This document shows, piece after piece, positions 1-8,162 of a DNA stretch of 20,499 nt. Within the stretch, counting starts at the first letter, position 1. Each line of letters starts with the position of its first letter. The notes under the pieces are model-generated. The model was not told the DNA's origin and made no database searches. It saw only the letters and a list, made by a program, of their open reading frames with translations. Origin of the DNA: a virus. The stretch lies in the IMG/VR virus record IMGVR_UViG_3300028189_000067, one strand, 5' to 3'. Both the position numbers and the translations under genes were made by a program.

Positions 1-849
1 ATACTTCTCTGCCAATTCTAAAAGACCGTAATAACGATTAAGGCCTTCATCATAACTTAGAAGTACATCAACTCTCTTGTTTTCTTTCGCAAGTCTGGAT
101 TTAAAGTTTTTACAATGAATGATGTTACCAACTACATCCGTGCCGACTTTTTCCTTTTTCTTGGAGAGGAAAACGATATTAGATGCTGCGTACTGCAAGC
201 CAGAACCTCCCCCCATAATGTCTTGAGGAAACATAGCTCCGACTTGTTTGTATGTGTGATTAGTAACCAGTAACGGTATTCCAGCTTTGGCAAGTTTAAG
301 AGTCAATACTCTAAATGCACCCTTTACGATTCGTGCCTTAGTCATATCTACTTTATTCGCACCCACAGTAATGTCTTCAACTTCTTTTGCTGTAGATAAC
401 ATACCAAGACTATCAAGACAAAGTAAAAGTGGTGCTTCACTTTTCTCTATATGTCTGTCTACTACTCTTGATGCTTGTTGAGCAAAGTCCTGTATCGTCG
501 CGACTGGTAATTGAATAAATCTTGTTTTATCAATATCCCGCTCTTCAATCATTTCTGGCGTTAGAGCAGACTCAGACTCAAAATACAAAACGCCGCCGCT
601 AGGATTATCTGCAAGAAACTGTCTGACAATCCCAAGTATGAAGAAAGTCTTACCCGTTGCTGACTCACCCGCGAAAGCAGTGATTTTATTGGACGGTAAA
701 CCTTTGTGAATGCTTCCCGAAATAAGTGCATTAAGTATATAACTTCCTGTGTCAATATATTCATTTACGCTCCCTAGCATCCCTTCTGAAACTTTGGATG
801 CATATTGGTTTCCTGTTATTCCTATTAATTCATCAAAATAATCGCTCAT
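1..849 (-). CDS. uvsX: RecA-like recombinase UvsX (3' end truncated by window start)
   Basis: Not in the ORF track because it has no stop in the window. Manual translation from ATG 849: [23 protein letters not shown]...[39 protein letters not shown] (Walker A)...[11 protein letters not shown] (Walker B)...VTNHTY...[12 protein letters not shown]. Start overlaps the upstream stop (ATGA). Confidence 0.95.
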   Translation of the reverse strand, partial: MSDYFDELIGITGNQYASKVSEGMLGSVNEYIDTGSYILNALISGSIHKGLPSNKITAFAGESATGKTFFILGIVRQFLADNPSGGVLYFESESALTPEMIEERDIDKTRFIQLPVATIQDFAQQASRVVDRHIEKSEAPLLLCLDSLGMLSTAKEVEDITVGANKVDMTKARIVKGAFRVLTLKLAKAGIPLLVTNHTYKQVGAMFPQDIMGGGSGLQYAASNIVFLSKKKEKVGTDVVGNIIHCKNFKSRLAKENKRVDVLLSYDEGLNRYYGLLELAEKY

Positions 850-1586
850 AATTTAACCTTGTAATTGTCGTTTTGTGCATCTACACTTTGTTTTATCAAG
901 TTTAATTGTTCCACGGAAATCACATCAATATTAAAGGAAATTCCTCTTCTTTCACCGGCACCTTTAAATGGGTATACTTGATGATTCAAAGTGCTAGGAA
1001 AAAGATACATCCAACCAGCTTCTGGTGGAACATTATATTGAACTGTAGTTGAAAATAGATCAGCACCACCCATACCAGTAAATACTAGTTGGCCATCTTT
1101 TCCACCCTTGATTGCTATATCATTATTACTTTGGTTTATTTGTTCTGGAACTTTGAGATAAAGAACACCAGAAATTTTGCAAGATTCTCTTTGATTGTAA
1201 TGAGTATGAACTGGAATATACTCATTTTCTTTTTGACTCACAACCCATGCATCAACAATTCTTGTATGCCATTGAGTGTGTGGGCCGCCAGGAATTAGTT
1301 CATCTAAATTACTTCCAACATTACCATTACTTAAAATAGTTTTCATGTAATTTTCAACCATTTCCATAAGATATTTTTTTACATCATATTTTACAAATTT
1401 ATCGTCTGAGATTGCCCAAGGCAGCGGTATTACCCCACCTCCATGATTATCTTCAGAAGTTGCAGCCTCATCCATTATTTCATTACTTATTGCATAGAAT
1501 TTTACCAATTTATCCTCTGGTATTTCTGTACAACAAACTAACTGTGCCCAAGGGGCATGAACATACCAATTATCACCTAATTTCAT
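846..1586 (-). CDS. Putative 2OG-Fe(II) oxygenase-like protein (HxH...H DSBH type), paralog A
   Basis: HTH ... ISGVLYL ... [13 protein letters not shown] ... ERRGISFN is the pattern of the phage-enriched putative 2OG-Fe(II) oxygenases (TIGR02466/PF13759-like, recognised by eye). Confidence 0.75.
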   Translation of the reverse strand: MKLGDNWYVHAPWAQLVCCTEIPEDKLVKFYAISNEIMDEAATSEDNHGGGVIPLPWAISDDKFVKYDVKKYLMEMVENYMKTILSNGNVGSNLDELIPGGPHTQWHTRIVDAWVVSQKENEYIPVHTHYNQRESCKISGVLYLKVPEQINQSNNDIAIKGGKDGQLVFTGMGGADLFSTTVQYNVPPEAGWMYLFPSTLNHQVYPFKGAGERRGISFNIDVISVEQLNLIKQSVDAQNDNYKVKL

Positions 1587-2314
1587 AATTCTCCTTTTTT
1601 GTTTTCTTCTTCAATTCGTTGTTGTTCAATAATTGAATCCACTTGTTTTTGAGAAATAATATCTGCGTTAAAAGATAAACTTCTTCGTTCTCCCTTACCC
1701 TTAAATGGATAAACTGAATGTCCTAATGACGCAGGAAAAATATGTAATACTCCAACCTCTGCTGCGTTAATATTCAATACTGGGGCAGTACACCATGCAT
1801 CAGCACCACCCATTCCTGTAAATATTAAATGTCCATCAAGTCCTTTAAGATGTTCTTTTACTGGTGGATCAATATTTTCTGGATATTTTAAATGCATCAC
1901 TGCAGATATTTTACAATTAGCATGGTCATGTATGGGGTTATATTCATTCTCAAATTGATGAACAGTCCAAGCACTTGTAATCTTAGCTGCATAGTTAAAT
2001 CCGTGCGGCCCGTGTTCAAATCTTTTATCCAAATGTTCCATCATATTTCCATTTGTAAGAACGGTTTCCCAATATTTGGCAGTCACACCAATAAAATACT
2101 TCATCAATCCAGTTTCATGAAGCTTTTCTTCTGTAATGAAATATTCATTGTGTATTGCTCCAGCTAATCCTGCACCCGCACTATCCCGATTTTCATCTTC
2201 ATAAATATTATCCGTCATTTCTAACGCGTTTTTGAATAATTCATCCGGTACTTTGGTACTTGCAACTAATTGAGCCCAAGGTGCATTCACTTGCCAGTTG
2301 TCTTCCATATTCAT
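1583..2314 (-). CDS. Putative 2OG-Fe(II) oxygenase-like protein, paralog B
   Basis: HDH ... ISAVMHL ... IFPASLGHSVYPF ... ERRSLSFN. Collinear with paralog A (DNWxVxAPWAQLV, [13 protein letters not shown]). Confidence 0.75.
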   Translation of the reverse strand: MNMEDNWQVNAPWAQLVASTKVPDELFKNALEMTDNIYEDENRDSAGAGLAGAIHNEYFITEEKLHETGLMKYFIGVTAKYWETVLTNGNMMEHLDKRFEHGPHGFNYAAKITSAWTVHQFENEYNPIHDHANCKISAVMHLKYPENIDPPVKEHLKGLDGHLIFTGMGGADAWCTAPVLNINAAEVGVLHIFPASLGHSVYPFKGKGERRSLSFNADIISQKQVDSIIEQQRIEEENKKGEL

Positions 2315-2323
2315 AAAATTTTC

Positions 2324-3031
2324 CTATCTAAGTATTGAAACTTTTTTAACCATTGAATTTAAATGATTATTGCACAAATCTCGTAAAATAACAACATCTT
2401 CAAGAGCCATCATTTCAATAGAAAACTTATCTAGTTCTATATGACCTTCTAATGTTATAGTGCGGTCTATCGCTTGGCCTGGATTCATGTATTGTCTTGC
2501 CATATCACCAGTTGCAACAGATCTTCCTGTGCGTGGATCTCTTCTAAGACCTTCGTATAAAACAACCCTTCTTATATCACAAGCTAAACCATAACCAGTA
2601 TCAAGATGTGAAGTTGAAAACACACCCCCATCAACAGCAGCGCCTGGGGCGGTCTGAGGATTAGCTCTACGAGCTTGAGATTCTTCAGGCCGTGACATTT
2701 TTGCTTCAGTCTCTTCCCCCTCAAGATCCCTTCTGGAATCCCGCTCTTTACGATCCCATTCTAATTCCATTTTGGCTTGGTCAAGAACTTTACGTTGATG
2801 AGCAATCTGTTCTGCCGTTTCTTCTTTTCTGACAACACCAATATTGTCAGCGTTATAAGCATCAAGAATTTGTTGGCCATCAACACTAATAGGAATGCTA
2901 TGTTTCCTTCTCATTTCAGCGAGAGTAAGACCATCAAATTCTTCTGTTCTTTCTCTTTTGTTATTCTTTTTAAGATCTTTATCATGAAGATCTTTTTGTT
3001 TTTTTATTTCTTTTGAAGTTTTTTTAGCCAT
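2324..3031 (-). CDS. Hypothetical protein, 235 aa (charged helical N-terminal half, compact C-terminal domain)
   Basis: Long ORF tightly packed in the operon, with AGAGGA SD upstream. No family recognised. Confidence 0.8.
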   Translation of the reverse strand: MAKKTSKEIKKQKDLHDKDLKKNNKRERTEEFDGLTLAEMRRKHSIPISVDGQQILDAYNADNIGVVRKEETAEQIAHQRKVLDQAKMELEWDRKERDSRRDLEGEETEAKMSRPEESQARRANPQTAPGAAVDGGVFSTSHLDTGYGLACDIRRVVLYEGLRRDPRTGRSVATGDMARQYMNPGQAIDRTITLEGHIELDKFSIEMMALEDVVILRDLCNNHLNSMVKKVSILR

Positions 3032-3042
3032 TACGAATTCCT

Positions 3043-3201
3043 CTATCTTGAGTGTATTTCAGTTAAAATAAGTTTAAGTATTTGATTAATTTCTGCACGG
3101 TCACTGTACATTTCACCGCGATCTCTTTGTTTTTTCAAATAGTCGTAGTGTTTTTTAAGGTCTTCTGTAAGCCAACCGCCGTAGTCGTAATCATCATCCA
3201 T
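3043..3201 (-). CDS. Hypothetical protein, 52 aa (MDDDYDYGGWLTEDLKKHYDYLKKQRDRGEMYSDRAEINQILKLILTEIHSR)
   Basis: Below the track cutoff and translated manually. GGAG lies 6 nt before the ATG, and the start overlaps the upstream stop (TAATG). Confidence 0.75.
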   Translation of the reverse strand: MDDDYDYGGWLTEDLKKHYDYLKKQRDRGEMYSDRAEINQILKLILTEIHSR

Positions 3202-3407
3202 TAGAGGCTCCTGTCTTCTTTAACTGTTGCGTAATAACCTTCAGTGTTCATATGTTGTGCATATTTGTTAGCTTTGGTATAATTATCAAAAAATCTTCTT
3301 TGAATATCTTTAGGATCTGGTGTATAGATAGTTTCATTCTTACTCATTTGAGCATGACTGCCACTGGTTGTGTTAGGAATTTTCCACCATTCTACCCAAA
3401 TATTCAT
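3201..3407 (-). CDS. Hypothetical protein, 68 aa (start revised to MNIWVEWW)
   Basis: AGGAGG SD precedes ATG 3407, which sits 1 nt after the stop of the upstream 46-aa ORF. The track start at 3428 lies upstream of this SD. Confidence 0.7.
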   Translation of the reverse strand: MNIWVEWWKIPNTTSGSHAQMSKNETIYTPDPKDIQRRFFDNYTKANKYAQHMNTEGYYATVKEDRSL

Positions 3408-3408
3408 T

Positions 3409-3549
3409 TTACCTGCCCTCCTTGGCATACCCTGTTAATCCAAACAGAATTCCTATTACTAGACCCGAAATTACAGGATTTACATCAAACCCTGTGTATA
3501 AGAAACCCATCAAAAAACATCCCACAACTATTCTACTAATATTCAACAT
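3409..3549 (-). CDS. Small two-TM membrane protein, 46 aa (MLNISRIVVGCFLMGFLYTGFDVNPVISGLVIGILFGLTGYAKEGR)
   Basis: Manual translation. Two hydrophobic stretches and a basic tail. ATG lies 6 nt after a TATAAT box and the ORF fills the gap exactly. Confidence 0.7.
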   Translation of the reverse strand: MLNISRIVVGCFLMGFLYTGFDVNPVISGLVIGILFGLTGYAKEGR

Positions 3550-3555
3550 ACGTCT

Positions 3556-3583
3556 ATTATACCATATCTACAGGTTTTGTCAA
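3556..3583 (-). promoter_or_regulatory. Sigma70-type promoter P1 (TTGACA-N16-TATAAT, TGn extended -10)
   Basis: Minus strand reads TTGACAaaacctgtagatatggTATAATagacgtATG. The -35 contains the gp43 TGA stop. Confidence 0.8.
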
Positions 3584-6045
3584 GTGAAAAAACTCATGAT
3601 ATTAGTTTTTCTTTCATGTTCCCAGCCGATAACATTGAGAATACCGATTATAGGATCAAGGAAAGCTTTGGTAAATTGTTTTTCATAATCTATGTATGGT
3701 TTCAACTCAAACTCGTCTGGTAAAGCATTTAACATAGCAATTACAGTATCACCAGTTGGATTTGGTTCTTTTAGATAAGCAAACTTAATCTTCTCACCTT
3801 CTTGGATTTTTGGATACTTTCTTGTCAATCGTTTGTTCTGTAACATCTTATTGTAGATTAAAGAACCTTTAACATGAATCGGTGTAGACTTTTGATAGAT
3901 TGACGCTGCATCATGGTACTTGGCAAGACCTTTTACCGATCTTGGAAAAGAAACTTCTTCTGTAGGAAGTGACTTGAACTTAGTCTTGAAACCTTCAATG
4001 TAGTTGATTACATCTTCTTCAGTTCCATTCATCATAATCTTGAATGCCTCTTTGAGAGCGTTACGGCAAGATTCTGGAGTAGAACTCCTGACAGCTTCAA
4101 TACCCATAATCTTGAGTTTGGGTTCATCATATTGAACACCTTCAGAGTTGTGAACATTCAGAATGTAATGTTTCTTACTTGTCCAAATACCAACCTCTGC
4201 TAATACTTCGCGTTTCATTACCATCTTCTGTTCAAATGCATTTACATACTCGGCCATTTCACCATAACACTTATCAATTACATCTTGAATTTTACCTTCA
4301 CAAACCTTATCCATGAACTCTATAATTTTATCTGTATCTGTAAGACCTACTTTTTGTACAAGAGACTCAAGAGTAACGTACAGAGAGTCAGTATCGGAAG
4401 CAAGGACATAATCATGGTTTTCTGTCTCCATTATTTTGTTTAAGTATTGATTGACTGCTCTCTCAGCCCACCGAATGGAAAGTTGACCCGCAACGGATAC
4501 AGCTTCAGCATTCCTTACATCATAAAAACGAAACCATTGATTACCAAGGGCTCCGTAGGCTGAGTTGAGAGCAATCTTTAAGTTGATCTGCATATTGTGA
4601 TACTGAGCCAATTTGTTAGTATCTGCAGCCTTACCTTTCTTCTGTTCCGCAATCATCAAATCTTTATACTTGACGCGGTCAGTGTACATCTTCTCCATGA
4701 GTGCTGGAAGAAAACCCTGTTTCTTACGAGTATACAACGAACCATTTGGAGTCATGGTAAGATTTTTCTCTTTAAGAAAGGCAACATCAAATTCTCTATC
4801 AAGTAAAGCATCTACCAGACCAGACTCAGGATACATACCTACAAGAGTCTCAGGAGAAATATTGTACTGCATTATCAGATGCGGATACAAAGAATTCAAG
4901 TCAAAACTAGCAACCCACTTGTGCCGACCAATTTGAGGATCTTTCACATAGGCACCTTCATAACCTTCAGTTTTAGTCGAGTGTTTCTTTGGGGGAACAA
5001 CAATTTGTTGGTCTTTCAGATGATTGTAAATAATACAATCCCACATCTTTACTGGACTGAACACATCATTGAAATTACACTTTGACATGTAAGCTAGTGA
5101 GATAATCATCTCCAAGAGTTTCATCTTTTCTTCTAGTCTTTCTAACAAGACAACATCATGAACATTGTAATCAACGAATTTCTGAAAGTTTGTTTGATAC
5201 AGTTCATGTAGCGAAGAGTATTCTGAATAGTCTAGTTTCTTTTCTCCTAACTCTGCGTAGGCAATGTGATTCAAAGAATAAGACTCTTGATTGACATAAG
5301 TAAACTTCTTATAAGCGTCCATATAGTCAATACTTGAAATACCGACCAGATCAAAAACCTGCATCTGTCTATTACCAAATATATTTACTTCATGCTCTTT
5401 ATACCAGCCCCACGGCGAGAGTTTCTTAGCCATCTTCTCACCAAGTACTCTGACGATGCGATTAACAAGAAATGGAATATCAAAAAACCTTGAGTTCCAT
5501 CCAGTAATGATATCTGGATAATTCATAGACCAATCAAGTACAAAATTTTCTAATAGTCTTGTTTCGTTCTCACAATGAATATACTCAACACCTTCGGCCG
5601 GTGTGTATTCCTGACAACCATACACCTTGAAACTTTTTCCACAACGATAAGAGATAGCCAAGACTTCTTCATTAGCACTTCTTACATCTGGAAAACCATG
5701 TTCTGAGCTGGTTTCAATATCAATGAATCCAATCTTGATCTTATCTAAATCGTAGTCAACCATACCACGATAGTTATCAGAAATAAAAGAATATTGAAAC
5801 TGGTCAAATCCAAAAACATTACCGCCATAATCTTTCATGGCTTGGCGAGAATCTTTCATAGAGCCCCACTTCACAGGAGCAACATTGCGATCATCTAGAG
5901 TTTTCCATTGGGGATTTTGAGGTTTGTGAGATTCTACAAATAAGGTAGGTTCGTAGTTCAATTTTTCTTTGAAAGATTCACCACGATCATTCACACCTCG
6001 CAGAGCAATAAAATTACCATGAGGTTGGACATTAGTATAAAACAT
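3580..6045 (-). CDS. 43: Family B DNA polymerase, T4 gp43-like
   Basis: Exo I DIET, Exo II GWNSRFFD, FDLNSLYP, KIALNSAYG, SDTDS, KKHY motifs. C-terminal clamp-binding-type tail TNIMSFFT. No intein-sized insertion. Confidence 0.97.
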   Translation of the reverse strand: MFYTNVQPHGNFIALRGVNDRGESFKEKLNYEPTLFVESHKPQNPQWKTLDDRNVAPVKWGSMKDSRQAMKDYGGNVFGFDQFQYSFISDNYRGMVDYDLDKIKIGFIDIETSSEHGFPDVRSANEEVLAISYRCGKSFKVYGCQEYTPAEGVEYIHCENETRLLENFVLDWSMNYPDIITGWNSRFFDIPFLVNRIVRVLGEKMAKKLSPWGWYKEHEVNIFGNRQMQVFDLVGISSIDYMDAYKKFTYVNQESYSLNHIAYAELGEKKLDYSEYSSLHELYQTNFQKFVDYNVHDVVLLERLEEKMKLLEMIISLAYMSKCNFNDVFSPVKMWDCIIYNHLKDQQIVVPPKKHSTKTEGYEGAYVKDPQIGRHKWVASFDLNSLYPHLIMQYNISPETLVGMYPESGLVDALLDREFDVAFLKEKNLTMTPNGSLYTRKKQGFLPALMEKMYTDRVKYKDLMIAEQKKGKAADTNKLAQYHNMQINLKIALNSAYGALGNQWFRFYDVRNAEAVSVAGQLSIRWAERAVNQYLNKIMETENHDYVLASDTDSLYVTLESLVQKVGLTDTDKIIEFMDKVCEGKIQDVIDKCYGEMAEYVNAFEQKMVMKREVLAEVGIWTSKKHYILNVHNSEGVQYDEPKLKIMGIEAVRSSTPESCRNALKEAFKIMMNGTEEDVINYIEGFKTKFKSLPTEEVSFPRSVKGLAKYHDAASIYQKSTPIHVKGSLIYNKMLQNKRLTRKYPKIQEGEKIKFAYLKEPNPTGDTVIAMLNALPDEFELKPYIDYEKQFTKAFLDPIIGILNVIGWEHERKTNIMSFFT

Positions 6046-6118
6046 TATAATTTATTATGATTGAGGGTCAAGAATGGTCTAAGTATTTAACGTAATTCAC
6101 GTTTAACTTATCTAAACT

Positions 6119-6147
6119 ATTATAACACACTTTTATGTGTTTGTCAA
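6119..6147 (-). promoter_or_regulatory. Sigma70-type promoter P2 upstream of gp43 (TTGACA-N17-TATAAT)
   Basis: TTGACAaacacataaaagtgtgtTATAAT, a perfect consensus with TGn. Confidence 0.8.
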
Positions 6148-6196
6148 GCCATGCGGGTTTTGACAAATCGGAGATAATATTTAAGTCCGAGTTCTA

Positions 6197-6346
6197 TTAT
6201 TTTTCATTAAGATTATTTGAAAAATAGCAACATTTATTTAAGTTATTATAACATAATAGGATGTGATTGTCAATCCAATTCTTTCTTGAATTAAATTGGC
6301 CTATGAATAATAAAAATTCCAAATAAGCTGCCCACATATATTTCAT
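6197..6346 (-). CDS. Hypothetical protein, 49 aa, directly after the endolysin (MKYMWAAYLEFLLFIGQFNSRKNWIDNHILLCYNNLNKCCYFSNNLNEK)
   Basis: Manual translation. Strong AGGAGGA SD overlapping the endolysin stop, and a hydrophobic N-terminus. Confidence 0.55.
   Translation of the reverse strand: MKYMWAAYLEFLLFIGQFNSRKNWIDNHILLCYNNLNKCCYFSNNLNEK
6245..6273 (-). promoter_or_regulatory. Sigma70-type promoter P3 (TTGACA-N17-TATAAT), inside the 49-aa ORF
   Basis: TTGACAatcacatcctattatgtTATAAT, a perfect consensus with TGn. Confidence 0.7.
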
Positions 6347-6355
6347 ATTTTCCTC

Positions 6356-6847
6356 CTATGAGAGAAGGCCTGTCTTATATTGGGTCTTCCCATTGACTCT
6401 TAGAGCCGTCATTGTTTTACTACGATTACTCCCATCAAGTACATAAGAACAATGCACCCATCCACTATTTGGGTCAACTCCATCGTAGAATTCTAGAATG
6501 AGTTGATCGAATATTAAATTTTCAGAAATCCATTTTGCAAGGTCTGGATTAGAAATTCTTGTTGATTCAAAATCGGCAGCTTGACCATTACAATGCTGAC
6601 TTGTCTTTGAACCACCTACTGCCTTGTTTAATGCTGGAGAACGATATCCGCTATTGATGCGAATAACTCCGAATTCTTCTCTTACTGGTTGTAAGATAAA
6701 ATTGCAGAGATTAGTTAAATTAATAACGTGTTCTCTTGTTGCATCATTTGATATACCCAAACGATCTGCAGTTGAACTCTTTATCATTTCTTGATACCCA
6801 AAGTTTTTTGTCAGGTGACCATTATATGATGGTATCTTGACTGCCAT
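6356..6847 (-). CDS. Peptidase M15 family Zn-peptidase, probable endolysin
   Basis: SGYRSPALNKAVGGSKTSQHCNGQAADF ... WVHCSY matches the M15 R...H-x6-D...H pattern. AGGAG SD. Confidence 0.9.
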   Translation of the reverse strand: MAVKIPSYNGHLTKNFGYQEMIKSSTADRLGISNDATREHVINLTNLCNFILQPVREEFGVIRINSGYRSPALNKAVGGSKTSQHCNGQAADFESTRISNPDLAKWISENLIFDQLILEFYDGVDPNSGWVHCSYVLDGSNRSKTMTALRVNGKTQYKTGLLS

Positions 6848-6856
6848 GATATTCTC

Positions 6857-7162
6857 CTAAGTTTGTTTAATATCAACCGAACCAGTAGTAGGATCAAATA
6901 TAATTGTAAATGATTTTTCGATTGGTTTGAGTGTTCCGTCTGCTTTGACGATAGGTAACTTACCCTCAACAGCAGCCATCAATGCCTCTTTAGCATTTGT
7001 GAATTCGTGTGCGGGGTCATCTTTTATAGCTTTGTCTAATTCTTTTTTTGCGTTCGTTGGAAGTAAATCATCTATCATACTTTCCACATGCTCAGTCGCC
7101 AAGGTCTGAGCCTTATCTATAATAAGGCTAGAAATAACATTAAATAATAATAAAGGTAACAC
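6857..7162 (-). CDS. Hypothetical protein, 101 aa, hydrophobic N-terminus
   Basis: GTG start with AGGAG SD. Lies in the late operon directly upstream of the endolysin. Confidence 0.75.
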   Translation of the reverse strand: MLPLLLFNVISSLIIDKAQTLATEHVESMIDDLLPTNAKKELDKAIKDDPAHEFTNAKEALMAAVEGKLPIVKADGTLKPIEKSFTIIFDPTTGSVDIKQT

Positions 7163-7171
7163 AATATTCTC

Positions 7172-7351
7172 CTAAAATTGAAATCCTTTTGGGTCTTGAA
7201 GGTATTTTTCCCACATCTCTATACCATGTGCTGACATTGGACGTTGTGGTACTTTTGAGAAAAATTGATCACGCGTTAAAAAATCATATTCTATCTTTTC
7301 CTCCACATCATCAAAAAGAACTTCTTTTAATACTTTTCTTTTTTGTGCCAT
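7172..7351 (-). CDS. Hypothetical protein, 59 aa (MAQKRKVLKEVLFDDVEEKIEYDFLTRDQFFSKVPQRPMSAHGIEMWEKYLQDPKGFQF)
   Basis: Manual translation. Starts 1 nt after the upstream stop and fills the gap. Apparent paralog of 7353..7610. Confidence 0.75.
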   Translation of the reverse strand: MAQKRKVLKEVLFDDVEEKIEYDFLTRDQFFSKVPQRPMSAHGIEMWEKYLQDPKGFQF

Positions 7352-7352
7352 T

Positions 7353-7610
7353 TTAATTCTCTAATTTGAGATGATTCCTGTAACCATCGGTGTCTGATTG
7401 ATAAAGATCCCATTCTGAATTAACATTAACTTGATCTGCACTAAGACCTGACTTGTCTATTGCTGCAGCAAATGCTTCTTTAGTATCCCAATGAGTTTCA
7501 TTAACATACTTAGCAGCAACTTCAACTGTCTTTTCAACTTTTTTAGGAGCCTTTAAAATTTCTCCCATTACTTTAGATACTTTCTTTTTAGTTTTCTTTG
7601 CCTGTGCCAT
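7353..7610 (-). CDS. Hypothetical protein, 85 aa, Lys-rich N-terminus
   Basis: First ORF after the TATAAATA late promoter. AAGGA SD. Confidence 0.8.
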   Translation of the reverse strand: MAQAKKTKKKVSKVMGEILKAPKKVEKTVEVAAKYVNETHWDTKEAFAAAIDKSGLSADQVNVNSEWDLYQSDTDGYRNHLKLEN

Positions 7611-7656
7611 ATATATCCTTTTTACTCCTATTAAGGTTTCACTTTATCTATACATT

Positions 7657-7664
7657 TATTTATA
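7657..7664 (-). promoter_or_regulatory. T4-type late promoter (TATAAATA)
   Basis: Exact T4 gp55 consensus in an intergenic position, directly after the hsp20 hairpin and upstream of the endolysin operon. Confidence 0.7.
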
Positions 7665-7666
7665 AT

Positions 7667-7689
7667 CCCCCAATCTTGCGGATTGGGGG
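7667..7689 (-). terminator. GC-rich hairpin after hsp20 (probable terminator or 3' stabiliser)
   Basis: CCCCCAATC-cgcaa-GATTGGGGG, a perfect 9-bp stem. No clean U-tract, so termination efficiency is uncertain. Confidence 0.6.
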
Positions 7690-7700
7690 CACCACGATGG

Positions 7701-8162
7701 CTATTGACCGATAGGAATCAGTCTAGGCTTTTTCTCATCTGGAATTACACGTTCCAGATTCACTATAAGCATACCGTCTTGAAGGTCGGCACTCTGAACA
7801 ATAATATCATCACTCAGTTGAAACGCCCGAGAAAAAGTTCTCTTGGCAATTCCACGATGTACAAAATTGATTTCATTGTTTTCATCATTATCAGCCCCAT
7901 CATCTTTCTCGGTAGTAGAACGGATGGTAAGAGTACCATCAGTTACTTCTACTTCAATATCACTTTTTGAAAAACCAGCAAGAGCTAGCTCAACAACATA
8001 CTGTAAATCATTAATTTTGCGAATGTTATACGGTGGATAACCAGATTGGGCGGTATCCATAGTATTAAGACGATTAAAAAGTCCATCGAATCCAACGCTG
8101 AATCCGAGCATCTTTTGTAAGTCTTGTTGAGTGGGGAATGTGTGTGGTGCTAATGTTAACAT
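7701..8162 (-). CDS. hsp20: Small heat shock protein (Hsp20/IbpA-like alpha-crystallin domain)
   Basis: YPPYNI ... ELALAGFSKSDIEV ... HRGIAKRTFSRAF ... ADLQDGMLIVNLERVIP. Confidence 0.95.
   Translation of the reverse strand: MLTLAPHTFPTQQDLQKMLGFSVGFDGLFNRLNTMDTAQSGYPPYNIRKINDLQYVVELALAGFSKSDIEVEVTDGTLTIRSTTEKDDGADNDENNEINFVHRGIAKRTFSRAFQLSDDIIVQSADLQDGMLIVNLERVIPDEKKPRLIPIGQ

Noticed and set aside
3580-6045. Intein, intron or split in gp43
   Set aside because: The ORF is continuous at 821 aa with all motifs in normal order and no insertion.
6085-6105. T4-like gp43 autogenous translational operator hairpin (AACGT-GAATT-ACGTT)
   Set aside because: Only 5 AT-rich bp and about 40 nt from the start. 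Could easily arise by chance.
6160-6190. Plus-strand promoter at TTGACA 6160
   Set aside because: No -10 at 16-18 nt spacing and no plus-strand gene downstream.
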